A stretch of 64,000 bases of DNA from Moniliella sp. 'wahieum'. Its lineage: Eukaryota. The notes beneath the pieces were generated by a model. The model saw only the letters and a list, made by a program, of their open reading frames with translations, ran no database searches and was not told the origin of the DNA. Shown piece after piece: positions 11,314 through 24,600 of the stretch; position 1 is the first letter of the stretch, and every line of letters begins with the position of its first letter. The DNA is taken from the NCBI GenBank assembly GCA_003971905.1, contig RSEE01000033.1, positions 310,001 to 374,000 of the forward strand. Direction: 5' to 3'. The translations under genes and the position numbers were made by a program.

Positions 11314-11767
11314 GTGTATGGGCCGAGTACGACCCCAGCGTGGGTACAACTTTTTTATTGCGCCTCCGACTATGGGCCCCAACTGAGTGAATGCACTGTT
11401 TCAACGGCAGAACCTGCTTCTCTCTCCTGCATGTTTTCTCTCTTTAATGGACCCCCGGCACTCTCTTGAGTTGATTTTTTCCTTTGTACATCTCGTCAAC
11501 GCGGTCCTACATTTTTCCATATATATGATGTCCCTGCGCACATTTTCCCCAATCTTTTCTCCACTATACATGTCTCTCGTCTCTTGATCCACAATCTTTT
11601 TCTACGCCACAGGCTTGCAATCTGAACGCTCTTTACTCCGCAACCAACCCGGCACCTATAAAACGTCTTCCGTGTAAACATCCCATGCACGCATAACATG
11701 TGGTAGAGCGGGGACAATGTGAGAGGATGACGAGAGGACGGGTGGACATGAAGAAAAATAACAGGGA

Positions 11768-13174
11768 TTAATGATCCTGCGCCTTGGCCAGGATGGTGGT
11801 CTTGGCTGGCGGGGCGGGAATGCCAATATGTTCCTGCTGAGCAGGAAGAGGAGAGAGAAAGATGTAGCCGGCCTCATGCAGAGGGTTGAGGCCGGCCTGG
11901 GTAGCCAGCTCGGCATACACCGGATCATCCTCGGTAGCTTGAAAGAACACGTTGACATGGGCCACGCCTTCCGCTGCCCGGTCCTTGCGGAGCTTGCGTT
12001 GTTCCTCTTCGATCCGGGTCTTGTCCTTGGAAGCAGCCACATAATCCTGCGACCGGATTCCGTCGGCCGTCGCTGCCCAGACCGTACGGGATTCCCGCGC
12101 ATCTTGAAGCGCAGCGGCTGGGACGGTGACCAAGCGGCGTGTGGGCGCATGGGCGTCGGCATCCCAAAAGACCGCATCCTTCTCCATCGGCTTGGACGGG
12201 CGCTGGTCCTGATTACCTTGCTCAGTCCATCCCACGACCCACCAACCACAACAAGCGGGCTTGCTCCCGTAGCTTCTTGCGCCGATGCATCGGCTGGCAC
12301 CGGCGCAAACACCTCGGCATTGAAGCCATGCGACGTACCGAAAAGTAGCCCTTGCCCGTGTAGCGGATCTTGGCCGTGTACCCAGAGCTGGATACGATCG
12401 TGCTCTCATTGATTAATTCGAGGTATGGACTCATGTACCACAGTCCTTCAATCGCCACCTCGGGCAAGGTGAGCAGATACCTCTCCTCCTGTTCCTGTTC
12501 TTGTTCCTGTTCCTGCCCCTCCCCCTTCTTCCCCGGCAGGCGCACGCGGACCACCGCATGACCCACTTGTCGCACCCGAATCGATCCCTTGGAGAAGGTG
12601 GTCTGTTGGCCCGAGTAGCCCGTGACCGAGATCCCAGCCTGGGCATTGGAAATGTGATACGCCGAGATGGGGGGGTGATGCGAGACTTGCTCGGCGACCA
12701 ACTGAGTTGGTCCATCGGTGGATGCGTCGGGGTGATCGGGTGCTTGGCAATCGGGGGCAGAAGGGTCGGGCACAGCAGGCCATTCTCCACGAAAGAGTTC
12801 ACCGAGAATCGGATTGAGCGGCTTCTTTTCCATCCCGGCCGAACGGTTGCGCGCCGTATAGGCCCCGCGCAAGGTGGAAATAAACCAACGCAACACGCAC
12901 ACCATTCGCTCCGCCTCGTCTTGCGCCGCACCAATCGCAACGAGCTCCGACGGGTGCTCCCCCCAATACGCAGAGAATTCGAGAAGCGAAACGGGAGACA
13001 GGATAAAGGAAGGTGCCGTCAGCGCGCTGAGATCGCCTCGAAACGAGGCAAGCGTACTCAAAAACGCTTTCCACGTCGGAGTTTGCCCGGCATCCTGCCC
13101 GCGCGCTTGAACCGTCGAGAGAGGAGGCTCGTCGGGGCCGGAAGGCTTGTCGGGGGGGGATCGGTAGCAGACAT
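11768..13174 (-). CDS. Oxysterol-binding protein (Osh4/Kes1-like); frameshifts
   Basis: GDLSALTAPSFILSPVSLLEF, EKKPLNPILGELF, EQVSHHPP, ESRTVW..KTRIEEEQR. Confidence 0.92.
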
Positions 13175-14227
13175 GGAGGGCAGTGGAGGGAGCCGGGAAA
13201 TGGGGGGGCGGCACGGTTCGTTTAACCACAGCTGCACTGCTTAAACGTTGAGGGTAAAGTGGTAACGCCGAGCGTGCTCAGTCTCAGTACTCAAGTTCAG
13301 TTGAACCGATGCTGTGCTCTGTGGACGCCAAAGTGAAATTGAACGGGCCACAAGCAGGGGGTCAGCTCGATCAGCCGCTTAGTCGTGGGGTCAACTGGCT
13401 AGGTAAATGTTTATTGCCCCTGTAACGCCAGCGCGGATCGACTATTGAAGAGATAGGGAACGCCGCGTTGGTGGGGGGAGGGGGGGAGGGGGGGGGTGGC
13501 AACGATGGAAAGGGGGGGGGCGGAGACGCTCATGTGTTTGCTGGTCGCCCCAAAAGGCCAGCCATGTTCCCCTGATTGCCGCGTCTGTGGGGCCTGCCAT
13601 GTGCGACAGGAGACCCAGTGCATCAGTCCCAACCGCCACAAGCGGCAGTGGCACGTGCACACCGCCTCTCGATTTGTTTGGGGGGAGCAACTTTGCATGA
13701 TTTTCGTTGATCTACTCCCGGCCCTTCCTTAGCCCCCACGTCCCACGGCAGACTCACAAAAGCCTCATGTACAACGGGTGGCGTGTGCCGCATAATACAC
13801 AATCAGTGTCAGCACTGGCAGAACTGTCAGGCGCCAGGCAGGACACTTCGACGAGGCGCTATCCTGGTTGCCCCATCTCAAGCATCACTGGCGTGCCAGC
13901 CATTCTTGGACCAACGTTGGAGCCAGTCGTTCTTTGAACTCACAGTAGTGGGACAGGAAGCAATCTCAGCAACCGCATGGACGACGCGCGCACACGTTGC
14001 ACTCATCGCCGGGGGCAGAAGTGGCTCTATGACCTAGAACTTTGGGGTGGCCGGCATTACTGCCGGGCGTGCTCGATATGAATGTTCGATTAGCAGGTTC
14101 CAACTGGAAAGCCAATTGAATGGTCGTGCGAATAGAGAGGCAAAGACATGAAAAAGTACAGGTGAGTGTTGAGCACTATTAGGGCAAGGAGAAGGCCGCC
14201 CTGTTTTGATGAGAGGACTGCTAGGCC

Positions 14228-15397
14228 TTAGAGCGTCTCGGTGAGGGTCGAGACAGGGCGTCCGTTGTAGGCCACTTCGTACACCTCAGTGAAGAGAGGA
14301 TAGTCTTGTGTCCGCCCACGAGCGGCAAGGAAGAGGTGGATCTCCTTGGCGGTCACAGTGCCTTGCAACTTTTGCCCGTTGAGCAACTCAGCCTCGAGCT
14401 CATCAAACGACTTGCCCGTCTTGACAAACGCCTCGGCCACACGGCGGTTGCGGCCACCATAGCAGGTCGTGATCAGGTCGGCCACACCCGCCGACGTCTC
14501 AGTAAAGGTCTCCGACTTGACGGGGAAGAATTCTTGGGCAAAGTTCTTCATCTCGATCAGGCCGATGCGCATGATGGCTGCCTTGGCATTTTCACCCCAG
14601 CCCAGGCCATCGACCAGGCCCGCAGCAATCGCAACCACATTCTTCAACGCACCCCCCAAAGACACACCATACACATCTTCCACCAAACCCACGCGGAACT
14701 TGGGCGTCTCGAACAGCTTGTGGAAAAGTTCTGCCCAGGCGCGTTGCCCCTCGCGGTAGCCAATGGTCGTCTCGGAGAATTTGCCGCGGGCGACCTCGTT
14801 GGCAATGTTAGCACCCGAGAGCGCCGAGCACTTGCAACCCAAGTACTCCTCGATCACGTCGGCAAGACGCGGATGTGGGTCGTCTCCACCTCCACACCCT
14901 TGATCATCGAAATGGCGTGAGAATGAGGCGCAATGTGGCCCTTGAGCTTCTTGCAAATGCCATCAATGAACTGGTGGGGGGTAACAAAGACGAGCAAGTT
15001 GGCGTCCTTGGCGGTCTCAATCGGGTCGGGGCAGGCGTAAACGTTTTCGGGGAGCTTGACGCCAGGCAAGTACTTGACATTCTCGTGGTCTTCATTGATA
15101 ATCTCCGTCAGGTTGCGACCATCAATCTTCTCCTCGTACACGTACATCCACACGCGCTCCTGGAACAGGTCCGGGAACTTGTGGACATTCTCACCAATAA
15201 TCTTGGCAATGGCACTGCCCCTAGAAAGCAAAATAGCATAGCAGCTGGGTCAGAACTCGGCATCGCTGAGGCGTGGCAGAGAGTGTCGCACTCGAGTCCC
15301 ACCAAGCCAGCCAAAGTGAGGGGGAGAGGGGATGTACGCACCAGTTGCCAGAGCCAATAATGGCGATCTTGAACTGTTTGTTGGCGGGGACGGACAT
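14228..15397 (-). CDS. GPD1: NAD-dependent glycerol-3-phosphate dehydrogenase; intron 15221-15341
   Basis: [66 protein letters not shown]. Confidence 0.96.
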
Positions 15398-16723
15398 GGT
15401 GGAAGAAGGGGCAGAGAAAGAGGGAAGAGGCAAGGCGGGTGGGGGAGGTGGGAGACAAGCGGTAGGGCGGGGGACAGGAGCGCGAGGTTTTATACCAGCG
15501 CTGTTTTTGGTGGTGCCGCAGCGCAGATGATTCAAATGGGGGTTTCATTCTTCCTGCCGCGATAAGATGGGCGGGCGTGGCATGGGCCAGCGGCATGGAA
15601 TGTCTGACGCGCCGAGCGACGGAAGGCAGAGGAAGCCTACCGCGACGACTGAGCGCGCTCTGGCTGTCCTGGGCCTCAGGCCGGCGGGATGATCGATGAC
15701 GCCCAGCACGGCGTCCTCTCCCTGCAGCAGCCTAGTCTGCGGCACGCCAGCAGAGCGTGGAGCTCGCCAGCAGCATCCGCTGGCTGCCCGCTGCCCACCA
15801 TCCAGGCACCGCCGGCAAGCGTCAGCCGCTGTCCTCTGCAAGGGGAAGAGACAGTGCTCAAATTTCAAACCCAGCCAGCGGCCAGCACCGCGGCTGTCAC
15901 TTGGCCCAGTCACTAGTCACGAGCAGCTGCACAGCAGGGAAATTAAGGAGGCAAGCCTTGTGCCCGCCGCCGGCTGACTTGGATGCGGCCAGCACGACGG
16001 CCAGCCTCCGCCACACAGCCTGGATTTGAGCAGGCCGCTGTGACATGTGACATGTGACATGTGACATGGCAGCACTGAGCCTGCCGCAGCCATGTGTGTT
16101 AGGTGCGTGTCACCGGCGTATGTCACGTGCCGCATGCCACATATCAATATTCAATGTCCAATGCCACCACGTCATCTGCATGGTATCGATTAGGGAGATC
16201 ATCGATCATCGACGGTGCGTCGACATGGATCGAGCATCATCGATCCTGCAGCAGCCCTCGCCGACCGAGATCCTCGGTTCTCAAGACTTCGGTCTGTGGC
16301 TGGCGTCACGCGCGTCTACGAGATCTCGGTTGCCATTGGCCAGCTGCTTGAACGCGCGACCGAAGACCAGCGACTTGGTCCTGGGCCGTGCGGGAGGTGT
16401 TGGAGGGCATGAGCAGCTGCATGAGCGGAACGCAAGGCGGGGGGGGGGGGCAGGAACTCCGAGCACGGAGGTAGGGTTGAGCTTTGCGCTCTGTCTGCGG
16501 AAGGAGAGTGGGCGGAGGGCCAGGCCGGCGAGTAGGATCGACACGCGGGCCGCGGCAGTGGCTGGGGGGGGATGGGGCACCTGGCACCTGGCAACTGTGG
16601 AGCCCAAGCCATATGCAGGGTCTTTGAATGTAAGCCTGGCGCTGAGTGGGGGGCAGGGCCGGCAGGGCAGGGCAGGGCAGAGCAGCGGGGCGGTCGTCCT
16701 GCCGCCACACCAGTTGCGCGGCC

Positions 16724-19406
16724 ATGAGCCACCCCTACTACCCCGCCCAGCATGCTCGGCCGCCGTGCCGCTTCCGGCGCACAGCCGCCATTTGCACATG
16801 CGCCGATGCCTGCACCGATGCCTGCGCCAATGCCCCCCCCATGGCTGGGCACGTGTCTGCTGGCTACCCGGCGCCCGAGATCGGCAAGGTGTGGCCGCCC
16901 TCGGCGCGCCCCATGCAGCCGCCAGCACACATGCCCTCCGCCCCCGGCCCCTCCTTCCCCCTGCAGCCGCCCCACCCCCGCCGCCCATGCGAGCTGCCTC
17001 CGCCCCGCATCCGTCGGTAATGCCCGGCACCCCGCCCAGCGCCTGCGCCTGTGCCTGCCCACCCCTCCCTCGACCCCGCCTCCGCCTACCCCCCCTACGC
17101 CCGCCCCACACTTGACCCGGCCCAGGCCGACTATGCCCCCCGCCGCTCTCCCTCCCCCTTGGTCCCGCCCCAGCCCCACCACCACCACCAGAGCCGCCAC
17201 CGCCATCCTTCCCAGACCCAGGAGCATCGCCCGCCCCGTCCCCTCGGCCTGGCTCCCAGGAGCACGCCTCTCGATCCCAACACACAACCGGTTCCCCACC
17301 CGCCCCTCCGCCTCATCCAGCTCAGCCACTTCTGCTCGTTCACCCGCCACGCTCTCTCTCCTCCAAGCTAGCCAAGGCTTCTATCAGCGACGTCGCTGCC
17401 ACGGCGGGAGATGGGTCCGACATTCCCTCGGTGCCTCCCCGCCCTATACCCCTGTCGCTGAAGACCGCAGTTCTGTGCACTCGGCATCGTCCGGCACCCC
17501 GGCTCGCTGGTCGCTGGTAATGAGGACCCCGAGCATCGTTCCGATCCCTCTGAGCATCTCGAAGACACTCTCATCCCTATTCCCACTGTGCAGGAGCTGA
17601 TGGAGCAAGCCGACGTGGTCATCGCCGATGAGCGGCCCGTCAAGATGCTTCAGTGGGCCAAGGAAGCCATCAACCATGCCGATTCAACCGACCCCGACGA
17701 CTGCCTCCCCTCCGAACTGATCGACAAGGCACTACGGATTATTCGGAATCAAAGCTGGGTCTCCTGAGCCTGTGCCCCAAGCCCTGTTTCTCCGAGGCGA
17801 GCTACGCGCCTCAGGGCAGTTCCCCCAATACTGGCCCACTGATCTGCGCAAAGCATTCGCCGACTTTGAGCAGTCGGCCCGTCTCGGTTGGTTGCCGGGC
17901 TGGTACCGAATCGGACGCGACTACGAACAGATCCAAAACATTGAGCATGCCAAAAAGGCATATGAGCGTGGTGTTCGTCTCGTGACACGGGCTGTCTCTA
18001 TCGCATGGGCATGGCGGAGCTGACGGGCCAACTGGGGGTAGACGTTGATTTGGCCGCTGCCTTGGCCGACTTGCGCCGTGCGGCCGACCAGGCGGATGTG
18101 GACACACCCGAGGCGTCGTACGTGTTGGGATGCTCTTGGCTGGCGATTATACGCATTCGGTCCCTACCGAGTTGCTTGACTCGCAAGTCTTCAATTCCCG
18201 CCGCGGTGCGAGCAGCAGCGAGGAGACGGAGCTGTCGCCTCAACAGCGCAGAGAGCAACAGGCCTGGCGCCGCATCTCTCGCGCTGCCTACCTCCGCTAT
18301 CCACCGGCACAGTACAAGGTGGGCGCATGCTATGAGCATGCGCGCTTTGACCGTACCTACGATCCCTTGCTCAGCGTGCAGTGGTACTCTTTCGCGTCCC
18401 AAGGTGGGCATCGCGATGCTGATATGGCTCTGTCCAAATGGTTCCTGTGCGGGGCGGAAGGCTTTTTTTGAAAAGGACGAAGCGTTGGCGATGACGTTTG
18501 CGTCCAAGGCCGCCGATGCTGGTTTGCCAATCCCCAATTTGCGGTGGGATACTACTTGGAGGTCGGGATTGGTTGTTCGGTTGACCTCCCCAAGGCATTG
18601 GAATGGTACCGTAAGGCAGCCGACGCTGGTAACAAAGATGCACACGATCGCTTGAAGGCCCTGGCCGGGTCGGATGCATCTACGTTGTCCCGAACGGACC
18701 ACAGTAAGGTGGGGGATAGCCTACAGCGTTCCCGCACCCTGGCTCAACAACGGGCCAATAGCCGCCGAGGAGGTCCAAGACCAGCACGTTTGCGCCATGG
18801 CGACGGCGAGGCGCACCTTTCCCATCCCCTCACCGCTCAAGTACCGCAGGCCGCACCTTCCCCACAGGTGCGGATGCCGTCCATTCCCCCCCAGGACCAA
18901 TGGGGATGGTGCGCGTTTCGTCTCCTCATCCCATGCCTGTGCACCAAGGGCGTCCCCCGGCTCCGCACAGTTCAGGTCCTGTCCGGCCCATTCCGCACAA
19001 CCCTGGCCTGGGCCCCATGCGTCCTGGTCCTGGTCCTGGTCCTGCAACCCTCGCCCCTCATCCCCGTTTCCCCCCCCATCCCCAACTGCGAAGTGTCTCG
19101 ACTCCCGCCATGGGTCCGGGGTACCCTTCGCCTGGGCCTGGCATGCGGCCCCCTCTGCCGCCGGCAGGGTATGGTCCAGGCTATGGCCACGGGCCTCCGT
19201 CCCGTGGTCCTGGTCTGGGTCCCGCCCCCGCCGGAATGCGGGGTCCTCCTGGCCGTCCTCCCCCTCCCATGCCTGGTGCCCACCAAGGCATGGTGGTCAA
19301 TGCGGCGCGGGCTAAGCCAAAGCCAGCGAAGCCTGCTGGGCCTCAGACGTTTGAGGAAATGGGCTTTGCGCCCGAGAGCTTAGAGAAGGACTGCGTCGTC
19401 ATGTAG
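16724..19406 (+). CDS. Sel1-repeat protein, chitin synthase activator Chs4/Skt5-like, with Pro-rich termini; many frameshifts
   Basis: Sel1 repeats (ALFLRGEL..AFADFEQSARLG; AQYKVGACYE; SVQWYSFASQGGHRDADMALSKWFLCGAEG; GYYLEVGIG..ALEWYRKAADAG); GPQTFEEMG; CaaX end DCVVM*. Confidence 0.85.
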
Positions 19407-19861
19407 TGTGGCTGGGTGAATGTCGCTCTCGGTTCCACCGCACATGGTTACCTGGCAACTTGGCCTCTGCCCGTCCATTGGTGCAGTGCCCAAAATCCTT
19501 TCGCTCTTTCTTCTCCTTGCCCAGACCTTTTGGCCATTGTTTTCTCTCGCAGCCATGGCATGATACCTGTTCTCTGATATACCTGTCTGGCGCCACTGGG
19601 GCCGTGGCCATCCATACCAGGAGCGCAGCTACGTTCCTTGACTGAATCTTTTCACTACTACAGGATAGTTTGGGCGCATACCAACTTGCAAGCATGTATG
19701 TCCCGCGGCCGAGGCCGGTCGCTAGGCTGAGTACCGAGTACTGAGTCTGTCGAGATAGGCTGGGAGACAGCGCAAAGCAAAACCCAACGTTGTCCCTCCC
19801 ACCACGTATCGCATCTTAAGCTGCCATCGTGGCGTAGCAGGACGTGTGTTCTCAACCAAGC

Positions 19862-19951
19862 GTCGGGTTAGCTCAGATGGGAGAGCGTGAGATTGAAGTT
19901 GTCTTCAATGACCAATCCTCTGGATTCCTCAAGGTCCCCGGTTCGATCCCG
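19862..19951 (+). tRNA. tRNA-Phe(GAA) with intron
   Basis: GTCGGGTTAGCTCAGATGGGAGAGCG, anticodon loop TTGAAG, GGTTCGATCC T-arm, acceptor ACACGAC, oligo-T terminator. Confidence 0.88.
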
Positions 19952-20627
19952 GGACACGACATTTTTTGGCCGATGGGCCTTTGCATGATTCCCTTCGTCC
20001 ATGCCCCAGCGCGGTGTTTTTGTAAACCTGGTAGTCGAGAAGGCGGGCCTGGTACGCAGTGCTGTTAGCGGCCCGCAGCGCGAACAAGGGGGAAGGCGCC
20101 AATGCAGCGAGAGGCGGGATGGTCAACGAGAGGCTGTATGGTGCGGCAGGTTGTGAGGATGAAGAGGTGGTTGGATGCTTCCTTTGACCAAAGGGAAGAC
20201 TGTTATTAGTTTTCATCGTTGCCAAGCGCCTGCCTGTTAAACCTAGAGTAATCATGAATGCCACTGCACTACTACTCTGGCCTCCTCGATCATCACCTTA
20301 ACAATCAGCCGGGACTGAAAAGAAAGTCTGCGGCGCGCCCACATACGCTACGGAAACAGACGATCGCCACGTCACTCAGGGTTTGAGGCATATGACCATG
20401 CGTACATTTTGTCCTACACGGAAGGTAGCCGTGACAGCAGAAGGTTCAAGTATAGGCAGAAGGAGCATGCCTGTTCGACTACCAGGCACAATGCGCGGAA
20501 GAGTCCTCACATGACCCAAGGATTCCGAAGGGAGAAAACCTGGGACGAACCTTGTCTGGCACTGCAACCGCCCTTACCTCAACATGCAGGTAGGTGAAGA
20601 GCCAATCGATCCCATCCAGTTCGCCAC

Positions 20628-21345
20628 TTAGGCCGAGACGACAGCCTTCTGGGCGGCAGCGTTGCGGCGGATGGCAAGTTGGCGCTTGTTAAGGCGAGGG
20701 GCAGCAACCTCAACCGTCTTGGGAACAGCAGAGCCCTGCTCAACGAGGTGAATCTCAACGTGGCAGGGCGAACCCTTGTAGGGGTTGATGCGGCCGTGGG
20801 CACGGTAGGTGCGGCGGTAAGTGTGCGGGGCACGGTGGATGACAATGTGCTTGATCAGCAGGTTCTCCACCTCAAGGCCCTTCTGGTCGGCGTTCGACTC
20901 AGCGTTCTTGAGGAGAGCCACGAGGAACTTGGCGCTCTTGGTGGGCCAACGGCCCTGAGTCACCGAGCCCCACTGCTTGGCCTGCGCGGTCCGGCCAACG
21001 TGCTTGTTGTGCCGGCGGAAAGGAACGCACTGCTTCTTCTCCTGCACGTCGGCCAGGAACGCGTACGCCTTGGACAGCTTCATGCCCTGGATAGTGGCCG
21101 CAGTCTCGCGCGTGTTCTTGTAGTGTACACGCAGGTAGTCCCCACGGCTCTTGGCGCTCTTCTCGGCCAGGTCCGAGTCACGGATAGCGTATTGCTACAC
21201 AAGCGTCAGTAAGAAGACCAGTGGCAGAACTCGATGCAGGGCCCACGATGGGCGAGGCGGTAGCTGCGCAGAAATGCATCGCGCAGCATGCCAGCCTTGC
21301 CGCATTGCAGTAGCCGCGGGAGGAGGGGCGCATACGCACAACCAT
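20628..21345 (-). CDS. RPL17: 60S ribosomal protein L17 (uL22); 6-nt first exon; intron 21195-21339
   Basis: [45 protein letters not shown]. Confidence 0.96.
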
Positions 21346-21652
21346 TGCTACAGGGAGTCTTGGCGGGGACGGTTAGGTGGGCGACAGAGCCGATGAATCG
21401 ATAAGGTGGCATTGGGAGAGGGCTGGCAGCGCAAAAGTAGGGTTTTCTCGTAACCCTAAGAGAATCAGGGTAAATTGCTATTAATGACACTGGCCCTGTG
21501 CAGGCGCTCGGGCGCAATCATGCGGGCGAAGTGGTGTAGTGCCCAATCGTAGCATACTTCCCTTCCGCTGCCTCCGTCCAGCTCAGTGAGGGTCGAGCCA
21601 GGCTAGCGACCGCATTAACACCGAGGAACTCCACCACACCAACTTAGACAAA
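21346..21652. promoter_or_regulatory. Bidirectional RPL17/RPL25 promoter with telobox-like TAGGGTTT / AACCCTAA sites
   Basis: Head-to-head ribosomal protein genes about 300 bp apart; TAGGGTTT (~21437) and AACCCTAA (~21452) in inverted arrangement. Confidence 0.6.
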
Positions 21653-22231
21653 ATGGCGATCGTCAAGAGTACGTGCTCCGCTTGCTTTTCCGCGTGCGCA
21701 CGCGCGCGGGCCCTCCCAATGTGCCACTGAATAGAGTGGTCTGCCATCCCACCTGGCTGCTAAAGTGTGTGGAGTGCGCTGACTTGTCCCTCCCTTTCTC
21801 TCCAGCCGAGAAGAAGTCGGTGGCTCTTGCGGCCAAGAAGGCTGCCCTTAAGGGCCAACAGGGCACTCGCGTCAAGAAGGTGCGCCGCAATGTTACCTTC
21901 CACCGCCCCAAGACCCTGGCGCTTCCTCGCAAGCCCAAGTACCTGCGGAAGAGCATTCCTTCGGCTCCCCGCATGGACGCCTACCAGGTGCTTCAGTTCC
22001 CTCTCAACACCGAGTCGGCCATGAAGAATTGAGGAGTTCAACACCCTCGTCTTCATTGTTGACCGCCGTGCCAACAAGCACCAGATCAAGGCCGCTCTCA
22101 AGAAGGCCTACTCGGTCGAGGCAGCCAAGATCAACACCCTCATCCGTCCCGACGGCAAGAAGAAGGCCTACATCCGTCTGCACAAGGACCAGGACGCTCT
22201 TGACGTCTCCAACCAGATTGGCCTTATCTAA
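21653..22231 (+). CDS. RPL25: 60S ribosomal protein L25 (uL23); intron 21669-21805
   Basis: [49 protein letters not shown]. Confidence 0.96.
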
Positions 22232-23131
22232 AGTGCTCGCCCTACTCCTGCCGTTTGTATCTGGCTCCTCTTAGCTTGATTTCATCCCCATCCATCATGT
22301 CTCGGGTTTCCCCAAGGCGCAGAGCTGTGCCAAAGCGGACTGGGTATGCCGATCATTCTCCTTCTCTGTCCTCTTTCAGAGGTCTGGGACACCAAAAACA
22401 TTGGCCTGGGTTCCGACTATAAACACTTCAAGGCGGATTCTTGGGTGAGCCATGTGCAAACGCACCTATATGAACCGAATTGCATATGCTAACTCCCAGC
22501 AATCTTGATAGAATCGATGTGGAGGGTGCGAATACATAGGTCCGGGGCATGCGGGCGTAGTAAGAAAGGGCAACGGATTGGTACGGAAAGCAAAGCTTAG
22601 GTTGGTGACATCTGGCTGTGGGGACCTACACACCTGTCATAACCGCATAACCATCCCGTCGCCAAACGACAAGCACCATACCTCCGACGTTCTACCTTGT
22701 GAAGATCATCGAAATGTATCGTCGTCAGTTACGTCAGTGGAACTAGGATAAAACCATATTTGATTGCCACATGACAGAGTTGCGACATCTACTTTTGGAG
22801 TCTGAAGCGGTGTCTCGTTCTCTACGTGTTGCGTTCCAGCCCCACTCCATCCCGAGCCCCCCCCACCCTTTCACACTCAATAGTAGATCACAGAATGGCT
22901 GCCCACGTTCTTACAGAATGGCTGTCAACGTTCTTAGTGACAGGCTGAAGCTAGGGTACGCGGTACGATTGATTTGCAGGCCATGGCAGAGCGTATAGTC
23001 ATTACCTAATACATCTCACAATCGATTGCACCACCACGGCCCTGCGAGAAAGCCGGCAGGGGCTGTTTGTTGTATCCTACCAACATCATCCGCTTGCCTT
23101 TGCTTTTCACACCCGTTTCTACCTTGCGCTC

Positions 23132-24232
23132 ATGACATCCAAAATGGACGATGAAATGCGTGACATTCTTGTCACGGAGTTCGTTCCCATGGCCCAGGAT
23201 GCGTTTTCCAAGACGGGGCATCGGGAGCTATGGGGGGTTGACTTTCCCAGCGACCCAGCAGGATGGACCAACGTGCACCGCTCCGTGCTCAACAAGTTTA
23301 TCTCGGCCAAGCCCACGCTGGACGAAGCCGCAACGCAGTTGACCAACACTCTCACCTGGCGCAAAGAGTTTCGTCCTTTGGACGCTGCCTACCACGAGAC
23401 GCACTCCGACATGTTTTCGCCTCTCGGCCTCATCACGCTCACACCGAAGGCAGGGTCGTGTCCTGGAATCTGTACGGTGCCATTAAAGATCCTTCTGGCA
23501 CGGTCTTCTCCGACTTGGATGCGTTTATTCGTTGGAGAGTGGGTCTGATGGAGCGGGGCATTGCTCAGCTCGACTTTGCCAACCCGGAGTGCGACACGAT
23601 GGATCAAGTGCATGATTATTATGGGGTCAGCTTTCTGCGCATGAATCCCGAAGCACGCAAGGGCTCCCAGAAGGTTGTTCAACTGTTCCAGGACTATTAC
23701 CCGGAATTGTTGCGAGCCAAGTACTTTGTCAATGTGCCTGTCTTCATGATGTGGGTCTTCCGCTTTGTCCGCATGACCATGGACGCCAAAACCGCGGCCA
23801 AGTTCCATGTGGTGCACAATGGCCATGATTTGGCGGCCCAGCTGGGCACCTGGACCCCGTCAGCGTATGGGGGGCAGGGCAAAGACCTTCAAGAGCAGGC
23901 TATCAAGGATCAAGCTTCTCCTCAGCCCAGACCCCGGCCCCTCGTGCGAGTGCGAGTGCAGGTCCGAGTGCGAGCGCGGGTGCGGGTGCGGGTGCGGGTG
24001 CGGGTGCGGGTGCGGGTGCGGGCGCGGGTGCGGGTGCGGGTCCGAGTGCGAGTGCGAGTGCGGATGCGAGGGCGAGTCCGAGTCCGAGTGCGGGTGCGGG
24101 TGCGAGTGCGACTCCGTCGGCAGATGCATTGCCCCCTCGGCGAATGAGCAGGCGAGCGCGGCGGTTGAGACTTCTGAGCAGCACGATGGTACTGCTGCCG
24201 CTGTTGACGAGGACCAACCGGCCACATCGTGA
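23132..24232 (+). CDS. SFH5: Sec14/CRAL-TRIO phosphatidylinositol transfer protein Sfh5-like, with low-complexity repeat tail
   Basis: ELWGV, TLTWRKEF, VSWNLYGA, FIRWRVGLMERGI, QVHDY.GVSFLR, FQDYYPELLRAKYFVNVP. Confidence 0.88.
23944..24112 (+). repeat. Hexamer tandem repeat (GCGGGT/GCGAGT)n within the SFH5 3' coding region
   Basis: About 27 six-base units visible. Confidence 0.95.
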
Positions 24233-24503
24233 GGCGCTGTTGCTCGCCCCGCACCGCAGTTACTTGACTGTATACCCTCCCATCCTCTGGAATTTGATCG
24301 ATGATCGATGGCTTGGGTTGAATCATCTGATTCCGATTATCCTTTGACGACGATTGTCGGCCTCGGTTAGTTTTTAAGTGCAACGTAACGCGTAGCGCGC
24401 AACCCGTAATTACCCGTGTTCGACTGTGATGCATGTGATCCTTCAGGCCATTGACTATTATTTTGTGAGGATGTATACTTTCGTCGGAGCAACGCTAGAA
24501 CAA

Positions 24504-24600
24504 GGAGTAGTGACGCAGCGGTTAGCGTGTGAGATTGCAATTTGTTACCTTAGTAACAGTTTCCATCTTGAAGTCGTTGGTTCAAGTCCGACCTACTCCT
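24504..24600 (+). tRNA. tRNA-Cys(GCA) with intron
   Basis: Acceptor GGAGTAG/CTACTCC, D-arm TGACGCAGCGGTTAGCGT, TTGCAA anticodon loop, GGTTCAAGTCC, downstream T-run. Confidence 0.8.

Noticed and set aside
14100..14230. Cryptic peroxisomal targeting of Gpd1 by stop-codon readthrough
   Set aside because: The stop is TAA GGC, not the TGA CTA readthrough context, and no nearby in-frame PTS1 was seen.
16054..17600. Long overlapping ORFs on both strands
   Set aside because: Artefacts of very high GC in the Pro-rich start of the Sel1 gene.
24542..24560. tRNA-Cys intron hairpin TGTTAC..GTAACA resembling the nearby LTR terminus
   Set aside because: A six-base match; hairpins are common in tRNA introns, so probably coincidence.
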